This document shows positions 10,392 through 20,265 of a DNA stretch of 64,000 bases, in pieces. Position numbers and translations under genes: made by a program. The number at the start of each line of letters is the position of its first letter. Within the stretch, counting starts at the first letter, position 1. The stretch covers positions 8,035-72,034 of the forward strand of contig JAFUVU010000016.1 of the NCBI GenBank assembly GCA_017477465.1, given 5' to 3'. The notes below the pieces were generated by a model that searched no databases, was not told the DNA's origin, and worked only from the letters and a program-made list of their open reading frames with translations. The DNA is from Bacteroidales bacterium (GTDB lineage Bacteria; Bacteroidota; Bacteroidia; Bacteroidales; UBA932).

Positions 10392-12517
10392 TCTTGGGCG
10401 GCACCGAAGGATGCGCTTTCCCGGATGCCGAAAAACAGTTTAACAATATCCGCATTGGGGCTGCGGGTAGCAGTTCCGTTCCAGAAGTAGCAAAGGCTGG
10501 CGCCTTTTGACGGGACTATGAGTGAATTGCATTGGAAAGAGACGTTGCTGCCCGTATGCCACAGCATGGTTCCAAGTGCGGGATTGTCTTCGCGGACCCA
10601 TCCCAAAGCTCTGAAAACGCCTGGTTTTGATGTGCTTACATACTTGCTTGTCATCTCCTTGTACATATCGGGGCTAAGGTCGGCGCCTTTTAGGAACCAT
10701 TGGAGGAAACGGGTGTATTCCACGGAGTTGGTACGCATTGAATACGCGGCATTGCACTTGCCGCCGCCGGACCAGGCCTGGTCGCGGAACACGCCGCTTT
10801 TGCGGAAGCCCCAAAGATGCGACTGCTCATATTCTTTCTGCCAGCAGTAATTGGTATGCTTCATTCCCAGGTTGTCGAACAGATACCGTCGGCCAAGAGA
10901 CTCGAGGCTTTCCCCTTTTATATGCTCCACCGTCCACTGCAGCATGGCTATTCCTACGCCTGAATATTGGAAGCGCTCCCCCGGTTCGAAGGAGAAGGCC
11001 GATTCCCGGTAATTCTTGTTGTCAAGTCCTGAAACGTGCGTAAGGCAGTACCGGGCAGTCACTTTCCGCGCCCTGGCCTGATTGAGTTTGTCCTTGGCAA
11101 AGTGCTTCAGGATGCCCGGGTAATACTTCACGAGCGGGGTATCCAGGTCGATTTCGCCGTCGTCGGCCATCTTGCAGACGATGTAGGCGAAAGGGACTTT
11201 GCTAACAGAGCAGGCCTGGTAAATGCTTGAATCTGTCGCGGGGCGCGCTTGTGCGTAGTAAGCGGCAGCGGTGGAATCTTTGTAGAACTCTTCGTTTTTC
11301 AGAGTGAAAGTAAGCGTGGAGACGCTGTCCTTGTAGGTCAGGTTAAGGGTGGGAAGGCCGCAATCGGCCATTATTCGCTTGAGGGCCGACACATAGTCCG
11401 ACGGCACTCCCATTCCTTTGTATGCATCAAGGACATCCCTGTGCACGAGGATATGAAGCACATTGCGGCGCACATACTCCTCCGACATGTAAAGATAGCC
11501 TCCGAAGTGACCATAGTCACCATGCGAGTCCTTGATAACGAAGAACTTCCTGCCGAACTGGTCGTATGCCCTGCCGACAAGGTGCATGGCATGGTCGTCA
11601 GTGGTGACCTTGCGGTCGTACAGGTCCTGACGTATCTCCGGTGTGGTTTTAGGCTCTTCCCAAGGGAGGGACAGGGTGTACGGGGCATCCTCGGGGACCA
11701 CCGTCGCGTAACCGTCCAGCTGATGCCCGCGCTGGGTAATATCGGCCGCTATATTGACGGTATAGCCCATATCGACGGCTTTGTCCAGCACTCCTACCAT
11801 GTCGTCAAGGGGCATGTTAAGGGACGGAGTCCAGCGCCAGTTGTCAAATATCTCAAGGACAAAGCTTTCACCGTAAGGGACATCGATAACGGATGCGATG
11901 CTGACGTAATCGGCCGGGCGGAAGCCCAAGTGGTCGCGATAAGCTTCTGCAGTCCAGTGCTTTCCTTCCGCATCGAACTCCGTCGGGGCCGATGCGCCAA
12001 GGAATCCGTCAAGGATGTCGTCCAGACCGTCCATCCATCCCGGCCGGAGCACCTTTTCTTTCCTGTCCACGATGCCTTTCAGGAAAGCTCGCACCGATGC
12101 GGTAAACTCCCTGTATCGGCTTCTCTCGCCTGCGTACGCGGGCATTGGATACACGTCGCGGGGAACGATTCCGTATCGGCCGATGGTTTCAACGACATCG
12201 GCCCCTTCACTTCCCGGGGCAGCCCTCAGGTTGCCTTCCAGACGCACGTAGCGCTTCGCCCTGTCGTGCAGGGAATGGGAGAGGATAAAGGCCTCGGAGA
12301 GTGCGGGGTACTGCGACGGATCGGCGATTCCTTTCTTCCGGATTATTTCCGCCTCGACGAAAGAAATGCCCGAATAGTCCCAGCATGTACTGGAACCGCC
12401 CTGGTCCTTGACAGAAGTCACCGGAGCGCGTTTTTCATTTGAAAACACCAGCGTACGGTCTTCACCTGCAAAGAGGGCCGACCATAACGCAATGGCGCAA
12501 AATACACTCTTAATCAT
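10388..12517 (-). CDS. C1-family cysteine peptidase (aminopeptidase C-like) fused to a beta-lactamase-fold serine hydrolase
   Basis: N-terminal DQGGSSTCW and DDHAMH. C-terminal ACSVSK (SxxK), YSG and HTG. Confidence 0.82.
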   Translation of the reverse strand: MIKSVFCAIALWSALFAGEDRTLVFSNEKRAPVTSVKDQGGSSTCWDYSGISFVEAEIIRKKGIADPSQYPALSEAFILSHSLHDRAKRYVRLEGNLRAAPGSEGADVVETIGRYGIVPRDVYPMPAYAGERSRYREFTASVRAFLKGIVDRKEKVLRPGWMDGLDDILDGFLGASAPTEFDAEGKHWTAEAYRDHLGFRPADYVSIASVIDVPYGESFVLEIFDNWRWTPSLNMPLDDMVGVLDKAVDMGYTVNIAADITQRGHQLDGYATVVPEDAPYTLSLPWEEPKTTPEIRQDLYDRKVTTDDHAMHLVGRAYDQFGRKFFVIKDSHGDYGHFGGYLYMSEEYVRRNVLHILVHRDVLDAYKGMGVPSDYVSALKRIMADCGLPTLNLTYKDSVSTLTFTLKNEEFYKDSTAAAYYAQARPATDSSIYQACSVSKVPFAYIVCKMADDGEIDLDTPLVKYYPGILKHFAKDKLNQARARKVTARYCLTHVSGLDNKNYRESAFSFEPGERFQYSGVGIAMLQWTVEHIKGESLESLGRRYLFDNLGMKHTNYCWQKEYEQSHLWGFRKSGVFRDQAWSGGGKCNAAYSMRTNSVEYTRFLQWFLKGADLSPDMYKEMTSKYVSTSKPGVFRALGWVREDNPALGTMLWHTGSNVSFQCNSLIVPSKGASLCYFWNGTATRSPNADIVKLFFGIRESASFGAAQD

Positions 12518-12545
12518 TCTCTGTGGCCTTATTTAGAATGGAAAA

Positions 12546-12616
12546 ATAAGCTGCTTCAGCGCTCCAGTCGCTTCGCGACCCTATTCCGGGCAAATGTCGC
12601 TTATGAAGCAGCTTAT
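12546..12616. repeat. Hairpin/REP-like element; its internal 34 bp recur inverted at 50692-50725
   Basis: Arms ATAAGCTGCTTCA / TGAAGCAGCTTAT. Segment 12573-12606 matches the reverse complement of 50692-50725 at 33/34. Confidence 0.75.
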
Positions 12617-12624
12617 CTTTCTCA

Positions 12625-12653
12625 AAACGGGGCCGGCCATCATAGCCGGCCCC
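12625..12653 (-). terminator. Intrinsic terminator after 12675..15425
   Basis: Stem GGGGCCGGC/GCCGGCCCC followed by GTTTT on the minus strand. Confidence 0.7.
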
Positions 12654-12674
12654 GGAAAAGGATAGAATCAAATC

Positions 12675-15425
12675 TTATTCTGCTGCCTCTTCTACTGTGA
12701 AGCCAAGAGCAGTCGCCATGGTTTCCCAAGCAGCCCAGTTGGCGTGAGCCTCGTAGGTTGCGGTGGCACCATGAGGAATGATAATCTTCCTGTTTGCAGC
12801 GGTGACATTCTTACCTACATCTGTATAAGCAGAGGTTGCATTAATCTTTGGAGGAACATCGCCTTTCATCTCGATAGTTGCAAGATTGTGACAGTTCTGG
12901 AAAGTACGTAGGCAAATCACTTGATTATCCCCTTCAAAAACGACCTTGACAAGGTTCACATTACTGGAGAACGCCGCACCAGGTAAGGATTTTACATTGG
13001 ATTTGACAGTTACAACAAGATCTGTTGTTTTGCTTACCGTTGAAGCATTATTAGTATTGCCCTTACCGAACTGGAACGTTCTGTAGTTGTCACTTGCATT
13101 TGTAGAATACGGATTCCAAGAAGCCGCGTAAACAATCTCCGACAAGGAATAGCAATTCTGGAAAGAACGGGCGATAGCAGAGGAAATCGAGGCTGGAATT
13201 GTAAGGCTTGTAAGACCTGTATTGCAGAAAGTATACTGTCCGGTAAGTCCGGTAAAGCCATCCAAATCTACACTGGTCAGATTGGTGCAATTTTCAAATG
13301 CGCTTTCTGCCGCAGTCGTAACATTCGAAGGGAAAGAGATATGGCTGATGGCCGTACAACCCTTGAAGGTGGCCGGGAAGGTCTCGCTTTCGTACTCGGA
13401 GTCGCTCAAATCTATGGCTACCGGGGTACTCTTTGTCTCTATTGCGGTCTTGATTTCATCAAGCGTTGCAGCTGTTATGTTGCCCTTCACCGCAAGCGTT
13501 GTAAATGCGCCGTCAGGGATGGCTGATCCCCATGTGGTACCGCCATCGGTGGAGTATTCCACATTGGATTGTTCTTCAATTACGTAGCCGTTTACATCCA
13601 CAAGTTGCTTCCAAGTGCTTGCTGCATAATAAGTAGCCGCACAGCCTTTGGGAACAATAATCTTCTTGTCTCCGGTAACAAGTTCTCCTACAGCGCCAAG
13701 GTTATTGGCACCAGGGGCCACTGGAGAAGATACTTTTGAGAAATCAAAGGTTTCGATGTAACGGCAACGGATTACCCATGCATTACCCTTGATGGTAGGC
13801 TTACCCTCGAAAATCATTTTCACCAGTTTGTGATTGGTGTCGAACTCTTGATTGCCGATAACTGCATTGGGGCCAAAAGTTGCAATAAGCGGAATCAGGT
13901 TTGCTTTTTTGTAAGAATCGGGCAGCGCATCTACTGCAGAGGTATTACGCAAAGAGAAAGTATGCGTATTACCGGTTGCGTTGGCATGTGCCGGAGAATC
14001 GAAATAGAGCGTTTCAAGCTTCCAGCAATAACCAAACACATAGTTTCCAAGAGTTGTTACGGTTTCAGGAACTACGAGGTCTTTAAGGCCTGTCGCGCGG
14101 AATGCATTGTCCCCAATCGAACTTATCTTGGTCAGATCAATGCTTTCAAGAGCCGAGCAGTTGTAGAACGCACCGGCTGCAATTGCAGTGGTATTGGAAG
14201 GGAATATGATGCTGTGGAGATTCGCAGCGGCATCGGCGGCCGTTGCATTGCCGAATACGGCAGGGAACTGGGCGAGATCTGTCTCATCCACAGTTGTAAG
14301 AGCCACCTTCATTGCGCTCATATCTACGTCCACGTTGCCGGACTGGGCCTTTACTGCGTCGGCAACCACTTGCAGGGTAGGCTCGTCCAGAGCCATTGCG
14401 CCCCTGAGTTTAAGAGTAGAGAAGCTTGCAGGGATGTCGGCAGTCCAGGTTGCTCCGCCGTCAATCGAGTATTCTACGTTGACTTCACGGTTGAAGTCCT
14501 TGGAGAGGTCCACATTGAACTGATAGACATGGCCTGTGACCGGCGAGAGGGTCAAAGAGAGAGTCTTGGTGTAGGTCGCCTTGTCGGTTACTACCGAAAT
14601 TTTTGTAACGGAAGCATCCTTGCTGGAGTTGGAACCATCGGCACGGGCCAAGACGGCCTGATAAATTACGGCTCCGTCATCTACCGTAGTCCCTTTAAGA
14701 GGGAATGCCGTTCCAAGGCTTACGGTAGAATTGCTGCCGGCTCCGTTGAAGGTGGGTTTACCGGCGCTTGTTCCAGCTTTATTGTATTCGGTTGTTCCGA
14801 CAATATTCGCACCTGTAGCGGTAAGTCCTACGGACTGAAGGGATTCTCCGGAAGCAAGCATTCCGTCGTGGGCACCGTAAACATTGTAACGGATAACTGC
14901 GAAGCCTTTACTCAGCACAAGGCCGGAAATGGTGTAGTTGCCCATTCCGTCGTCATCCAGCATGCTGGAGTCGAACTCGGCATAGAAGGGGAAATTGTCG
15001 CCTTCGAAGACACCGGATGCGCTCTGAGTCTGGTCGGCGGCAGCAGGCATAACGATACGTTTCTGGCCACCCAGATGCCTATACCAGGAATCGGGACCGA
15101 CTACTACACCTTGGATGTCATCTATGTTGAAACCGGTGGGAATTTCAATTTCACCTGCGAAAATACCGGTGCTGGTCTGGTCCAGATACACACGGCCGGT
15201 AGTTGCGGCGTCGCTGGTTCCCTCATTGCCGAAGATGACTTGCATCTTTTCGTTGCCGGTCCATACGGGCTGCCAGCCGCTCAGAGCGACTTTGGTGTCA
15301 GGGGTGGCTTTGACAGTAAGAGAGATAACCCTTGGTGAGCTCTCCGGAACATTATTTTGCTCTTTTACGCAGGAGACTGCGCTCATGGCAGCGGCGAGTG
15401 CCAATACAAAAACTACTTTTTTCAT
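12675..15425 (-). CDS. Fimbrillin-like lipoprotein (subtype A) with two BspA-like LRR modules
   Basis: Lipobox AVSC; PDTKV...W.G.E; FNVYG-type motif; two YSxDGGxTW + FPSNxTxIAxxAF LRR modules. Confidence 0.8.
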   Translation of the reverse strand: MKKVVFVLALAAAMSAVSCVKEQNNVPESSPRVISLTVKATPDTKVALSGWQPVWTGNEKMQVIFGNEGTSDAATTGRVYLDQTSTGIFAGEIEIPTGFNIDDIQGVVVGPDSWYRHLGGQKRIVMPAAADQTQSASGVFEGDNFPFYAEFDSSMLDDDGMGNYTISGLVLSKGFAVIRYNVYGAHDGMLASGESLQSVGLTATGANIVGTTEYNKAGTSAGKPTFNGAGSNSTVSLGTAFPLKGTTVDDGAVIYQAVLARADGSNSSKDASVTKISVVTDKATYTKTLSLTLSPVTGHVYQFNVDLSKDFNREVNVEYSIDGGATWTADIPASFSTLKLRGAMALDEPTLQVVADAVKAQSGNVDVDMSAMKVALTTVDETDLAQFPAVFGNATAADAAANLHSIIFPSNTTAIAAGAFYNCSALESIDLTKISSIGDNAFRATGLKDLVVPETVTTLGNYVFGYCWKLETLYFDSPAHANATGNTHTFSLRNTSAVDALPDSYKKANLIPLIATFGPNAVIGNQEFDTNHKLVKMIFEGKPTIKGNAWVIRCRYIETFDFSKVSSPVAPGANNLGAVGELVTGDKKIIVPKGCAATYYAASTWKQLVDVNGYVIEEQSNVEYSTDGGTTWGSAIPDGAFTTLAVKGNITAATLDEIKTAIETKSTPVAIDLSDSEYESETFPATFKGCTAISHISFPSNVTTAAESAFENCTNLTSVDLDGFTGLTGQYTFCNTGLTSLTIPASISSAIARSFQNCYSLSEIVYAASWNPYSTNASDNYRTFQFGKGNTNNASTVSKTTDLVVTVKSNVKSLPGAAFSSNVNLVKVVFEGDNQVICLRTFQNCHNLATIEMKGDVPPKINATSAYTDVGKNVTAANRKIIIPHGATATYEAHANWAAWETMATALGFTVEEAAE

Positions 15426-15438
15426 AATCGGCCCTCCT

Positions 15439-15594
15439 TTAAAAAATCATACTGTCGTCCCACATGGTGCCAAGGGTGATCGGATCCTCCGGGACAAGAG
15501 GCCCGCCCAATGAATTCTGCAAAATGTTTGCAGTGAGCTCCAGAGGTATCAATTCCGCCTCCGGAGCCTGATAGGTTCGTTTTACTTCTTTCAT
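15439..15594 (-). CDS. Small YxxP-leader peptide, 51 aa: MKEVKRTYQAPEAELIPLELTANILQNSLGGPLVPEDPITLGTMWDDSMIF
   Basis: Translated by hand. Fills the intergenic gap in operon orientation and shares its motif with four other small ORFs. Confidence 0.8.
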   Translation of the reverse strand: MKEVKRTYQAPEAELIPLELTANILQNSLGGPLVPEDPITLGTMWDDSMIF

Positions 15595-15615
15595 AAGCGC
15601 TTAATTATTGATTGA

Positions 15616-18600
15616 TTATTTTTCTTGTATAGTGTATTTCTTTGTCTCCGTCAGATATTTCCACGGCTGTTTGGCTGCAAATGCATCTTTGCTGCCGGAG
15701 GGCACCAGAATAATTCTGTCAGCCTCGGCTACGTCATCGCCCACATTCTGCAGGTTGCCGGAAGATGCGCTTGCAGGGAAATCGGCAGTGCAGGCGCTTA
15801 GGTCAAAGCTTGCAAGGCTGGTGCAGCGTATAATCCAGGCCGAGCCGATGGCGGCCGGATCAGCCTCGAAGATGACTTTGACAAGTTTGTGGTTGGTGTC
15901 AAATGTCTGGCCTGTAGCAAGAGTGGTATTTGCTCCGAAAGTCGCCGTGGTGGGTTTGGATGACACATTATTGGCATTGTCCCCTGCCCCTCTCCATGAG
16001 AAGGCGTGGTTGGAAGTAGAAGGAGAATTCCAATAAATGGATGCAAGAGCGGGCGTATAACCAAAGGCGTAAGCGCCTACGGTTTCAACATTTGCAGGCA
16101 CAGAAACGGCAGTGAGACCGCTAAGTTTGAACGAGCCTATGCCGATGCTCTTGATGCCCTGCAGATCCACGCTTGCAAGCTTGCTGCAGGCGGCAAAGGC
16201 GTCATCGGCAATTGCAGTGACGTTGGAAGGGAATTTCACCGACGTGAGAGGGCTTCCTTCAGTGCCGATGACCGCGCCGTCGGCCGAGCCGTTATTGCCT
16301 TTCGAAGCGCCGCCGAAGACGGCCGGGAAGGTGGAGGATGAATATTCGGCAGCACTCATATCCAGGCCTGCGCCGGTAGTGGCGTCAATGGCTTCCTTGA
16401 TGGAGGAGAGTTCATCGGCGGTCAAGATGCCTTTGACATACAGGGTCGAGAAGGATGCGGGAATGTCGTTGCTCCAGCTGCTTCCGTCGGCGGAATACTG
16501 CACATCGGCCTCAACCGGCGTCTGAGGATCCACGATAGTGTAACCCTTGTTCTCGCTGAGGTACTTCCAAGGATTGACGGCTGCATAGTCCTCGCCCTTG
16601 CCGGCAGGGACAAGAATCTGCTTTGCATGACCCGCAGGAACCAAATCGCCCACTGCGCCCAGATTGCTTGTATTGGCCGATGTCGGAGGAACATCCACCG
16701 CGCTCAGATCGAAGGTTTCGATATAGCGGCAGCGGACAATCCAGGAATTGCCGATGAATTCAGGACCGGCTTCAAATGTCATCTTCACAAGTTTGTGATT
16801 GGTGTCGAAATCCTGGCTGCGGACAGCCTTGGCATCAGGGCCGAAAGTGTACTCCAGGGGAATCAGACCTTCAGAGTATTGCGGGGGCAGACTTTCTACT
16901 GCAGCGGTGTTACGTGTGGAGAATGTATGATGCGTTGCATCGGCCCCTGCATCTGTCTTAAGGTTCGGAGCAGGGCTGTTGTAATAAATGCTTTCCAAAT
17001 GCCAGCAATGTCCGAAGTGATACTGTCCGGGCATGCTCACGACCGTGTTGGGAATCACGAGATGTTTCAAACCGGTACTGCTGAACGCATGGGAGTTGAT
17101 AATCTTAATGCCTTCAAGTTCTACGCTTTCCAAAGCAGAGCAGTATGCAAATGCATTTTCCGCAATCTCTTCTACATTTGAAGGGAACTTGATGGATGTG
17201 ATGGTAGTACAACCTGCGCCCTCCGATTCCCCGCCGAACAGGGCGGGGAAAACCTCTGACGAGTACTCGGTCTGGCTAAGATCGAGCGCCGCGCCGGCTT
17301 CCAGATTGCCGAATTTTTCGCGGATATCGCCAAGTACTTCCGAATTAAGAATTCCCTTCACATACAGGGCTGTGAAATTGTCCGGAAGAGACTCTTCCCA
17401 GTTGGTTCCGTCGGTGGAATACAGGACTTCGGCCACTACCGGCGGCTTCGGATCAACAATTGTATATCCCTTTGTCTCGCTCAGGTACTTCCAAGGATTT
17501 ACAACTGCGTATGCCTCGCCCTTGCCTGCTGGTACCAAAATCTGCTTTGCATGGCCCTCAGGGACCAAATCGCCCACAAAAGCCATATTGGAAGTATTGT
17601 CCGACGTAGGAGGCGTATCAATCTCGCTGAGGTCGAAGGTCTCGATATAGCGGCAGCGGACAATCCAGGAATTGCCGATGAATTCGGGACGGGCCTTGAA
17701 GGTCATCTTCACCAGCTTGTGGTTGGTGTCGAAATCCTGCTGGCGGACTGCGACGGCATCCGGGCCGAAAGTGAATTCCAGAGGAATGATGCCGCCAGGT
17801 TTATACTGCGGAGGCAAGGATTCGACTGCGGTGGTATTGCGGGTAGAGAATGTGTGGTGGTTGACACCGGAAAGCTGCGGCGCCGGCGAATTGTAATAGA
17901 TGCTCTGGAGAGCGAAATTATAGCCGAAGGTATATGTTCCCGGGATGCTGGTAACCGTGTTAGGAATATCCAACGTCTTGAGACCGCAATACTGGAATGC
18001 CCAGCCGCCAATGGTTTCAATGCCCGTAAGGTCCACACTCTCGAGGGCCGAGCAGTACTCGAATGCATGTTCGGCAATCTCGGTGACATTGGACGGGAAC
18101 TTGATGCTCTTGAGGGAGACGTCAGGTGCGGAAGAAGTGGCTTGGAAGCTGGCGGGGAATACGGTGCTCTCGTACCGAGTTCCGGAGAGGTCAAGGTCGG
18201 CCGGAACGGTCTGCTTCTTGACGGCCGATACGATCTTGCCAAGGGTGGTATTGGAAAGTCTGCCCCTTACCTGTAGCGACGAGAAGCGGGAAGGAATGGC
18301 AGTTGTCCAGTTGGTACCGTCGGTAGAGTATTCGGTAGCTATCTCGCGGTCAGTGAACTTGCTGAGGTCGAGCCCGATGCGGTGCACTTCACCGGGTTTG
18401 AGGCTCAGTTCCTTAGCAGGATTCATGGTATAGATGGCCTGATCAGTCTCCACCGTTACTTCAATCACTTTCACGTTTCTGGGAAGTACTGCAGCGAACA
18501 GCTTTGCGCCGTTTGACTGATTAAGACCTTTAAGAGGCACTACTTCTCCAAGAGAAACGCTGAGGGTTCCGGCTCCGTCTTCAAACTCCATGCTGTCGGA

Positions 18601-19224
18601 TGCGAGGTCGCAGAGCACTGTTCCCGCTGCAGGAACACCTTCGGTAGTGATGGCAACAGAGAGAAGAGTTTCACTGCTGCTTTGGGAAGAATGCTTTCCG
18701 TAAACATTGAACTGCAGGAGGGCGCAGCCCCAGTTCAGGGTAAGGTTTTCAACTCCATAGGTGCCGTCTTCCTTAAGGACCAGGTCGGCAAATGAAAGTT
18801 TATGATATACAGGCACATAAGCTCCGTTAATCTGCCCGCTGGCGGCCTGCGTCTGATTACTTGGAATCAGCAGGGCCAACTTGCCGCCGGAAAGCGATGC
18901 CGCGCTGTAAGGGACGGCAAAAGCCTTTATTTCGTCCTGACTGTACGGAGACAGGTTCACGCTGCCGGAGAAGGCCCCGGGATACTTCTCGTTGGTGAGA
19001 AGTTTTGCGGCCACATAGCCGGATTCGCTGCCCGCAATGAGGGCGGCTTCCTCCGTACCTTCCCAGACAAGCGAAGTCCCCTCGAAGGTGACTTTAGTTG
19101 CCGGAGCGGAGGCATCAACACTCAGATCAAAGCTGCTGACAGAGAGCGGCTCTTCGGCCAGTCTTGTGCACGAAAGCGCAGCAAGGACTGCCAGTGAAAA
19201 AGCTAAATTACGGTTTGTCTTCAT
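15616..19224 (-). CDS. Fimbrillin-like lipoprotein (subtype A) with three tandem LRR modules
   Basis: Lipobox ALSC; PATKVTFEG..W; WGCALLQFNVYG; three ~300-aa YSxDGxxW/LRR repeats. Confidence 0.8.
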   Translation of the reverse strand: MKTNRNLAFSLAVLAALSCTRLAEEPLSVSSFDLSVDASAPATKVTFEGTSLVWEGTEEAALIAGSESGYVAAKLLTNEKYPGAFSGSVNLSPYSQDEIKAFAVPYSAASLSGGKLALLIPSNQTQAASGQINGAYVPVYHKLSFADLVLKEDGTYGVENLTLNWGCALLQFNVYGKHSSQSSSETLLSVAITTEGVPAAGTVLCDLASDSMEFEDGAGTLSVSLGEVVPLKGLNQSNGAKLFAAVLPRNVKVIEVTVETDQAIYTMNPAKELSLKPGEVHRIGLDLSKFTDREIATEYSTDGTNWTTAIPSRFSSLQVRGRLSNTTLGKIVSAVKKQTVPADLDLSGTRYESTVFPASFQATSSAPDVSLKSIKFPSNVTEIAEHAFEYCSALESVDLTGIETIGGWAFQYCGLKTLDIPNTVTSIPGTYTFGYNFALQSIYYNSPAPQLSGVNHHTFSTRNTTAVESLPPQYKPGGIIPLEFTFGPDAVAVRQQDFDTNHKLVKMTFKARPEFIGNSWIVRCRYIETFDLSEIDTPPTSDNTSNMAFVGDLVPEGHAKQILVPAGKGEAYAVVNPWKYLSETKGYTIVDPKPPVVAEVLYSTDGTNWEESLPDNFTALYVKGILNSEVLGDIREKFGNLEAGAALDLSQTEYSSEVFPALFGGESEGAGCTTITSIKFPSNVEEIAENAFAYCSALESVELEGIKIINSHAFSSTGLKHLVIPNTVVSMPGQYHFGHCWHLESIYYNSPAPNLKTDAGADATHHTFSTRNTAAVESLPPQYSEGLIPLEYTFGPDAKAVRSQDFDTNHKLVKMTFEAGPEFIGNSWIVRCRYIETFDLSAVDVPPTSANTSNLGAVGDLVPAGHAKQILVPAGKGEDYAAVNPWKYLSENKGYTIVDPQTPVEADVQYSADGSSWSNDIPASFSTLYVKGILTADELSSIKEAIDATTGAGLDMSAAEYSSSTFPAVFGGASKGNNGSADGAVIGTEGSPLTSVKFPSNVTAIADDAFAACSKLASVDLQGIKSIGIGSFKLSGLTAVSVPANVETVGAYAFGYTPALASIYWNSPSTSNHAFSWRGAGDNANNVSSKPTTATFGANTTLATGQTFDTNHKLVKVIFEADPAAIGSAWIIRCTSLASFDLSACTADFPASASSGNLQNVGDDVAEADRIILVPSGSKDAFAAKQPWKYLTETKKYTIQEK

Positions 19225-19236
19225 CTTCTGATCTTT

Positions 19237-20256
19237 TTAGGAGGCCGGAGTCCAAACGTCTTCATCAATCCAGGTGGCGGAAGGAAGCTTATTAGGGTCG
19301 GACGGGATAATGTAAGGGTAAGAAGCACTTAGGTCGATACCTACTTTCTTCACATGTCCGGGTTTGGACAGGTCGAAGGCAAGGTCGGCCGGGAAGGTGT
19401 AAGGGTAGTCGCCTTTATCGGTATGGATGGTCAATACCGTTCCCTGCTTGAGGGTGAAGCTTCTGCTCATGAGCGTCATGAACACTTTTACGCCGTTTTC
19501 GGCATCTCTGTCGGCAAGGGTGTAAGGCTCCTGCATTTCCACCTGGACGTTGTTGGAAACGCCGTTCCAGATGAATTCGCCCGCCTCGATCTTCCATTCC
19601 TGACGGCCGGCGATGGAGGAGCCGCTCTGGGCGGCTATTTCCACCGACTTCAGCACCTCATCGGCCTCAAGGGCGCTTCCTTTGCCGTAGATATTGAAAC
19701 GCACAAGAGAGCAGCCCCAGCTGAACTGTTTCCCGTCGATGATGTATTTGCCGTTTTCCACTACGGCATCTTCGGGGTACAGCACCGAGAAAAGGGCGAT
19801 GTTGTCCCCGTTAAGGACATTGTCGCGGTACTGTATCTGGTGATACTTCTTGTTTTCGTCCATTGTGCCGCCTATCTGCATCACAATGCGGTAGCTTGCA
19901 CCGTTGCGACGGTAAAAATGGTCCGGATTGTACGGATACACGACGCCGCGAAGATGGTCGGGGCTGAAGGAACCCAGGTCCACCTCGCCGGAGAATACGC
20001 CAAATTTGTCACCTTGTTCCAAGCGGGCTGTGAGGCGGTTGTTGCCGTCAATGCTGTTGTCGTTGCCGAACAGCAGCGAGACAGCCTCCTCCCCTTCCCA
20101 GTAAAGCTGACAGCCGTCGTCGAAGCTCACTTTTGTATCCGGGATATTCACGGAGACGCTGAATCCGGCCACCCCGCCACCGGGCGTTTCTGCAGTTTTA
20201 TTGCAGGCGAAAAAGGCCGACGCCAATACGATGAATGAAAGCAGATATTTTTTCAT
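19237..20256 (-). CDS. Fimbrillin-like lipoprotein (subtype A) without cargo, ending in an LPSATW tail
   Basis: Lipobox FFAC; PDTKVSF..W.G.E; WGCSLVRFNIYG; tail PSDPNKLPSATWIDEDVWTPAS. Confidence 0.75.
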   Translation of the reverse strand: MKKYLLSFIVLASAFFACNKTAETPGGGVAGFSVSVNIPDTKVSFDDGCQLYWEGEEAVSLLFGNDNSIDGNNRLTARLEQGDKFGVFSGEVDLGSFSPDHLRGVVYPYNPDHFYRRNGASYRIVMQIGGTMDENKKYHQIQYRDNVLNGDNIALFSVLYPEDAVVENGKYIIDGKQFSWGCSLVRFNIYGKGSALEADEVLKSVEIAAQSGSSIAGRQEWKIEAGEFIWNGVSNNVQVEMQEPYTLADRDAENGVKVFMTLMSRSFTLKQGTVLTIHTDKGDYPYTFPADLAFDLSKPGHVKKVGIDLSASYPYIIPSDPNKLPSATWIDEDVWTPAS

Positions 20257-20265
20257 GGCACAATA

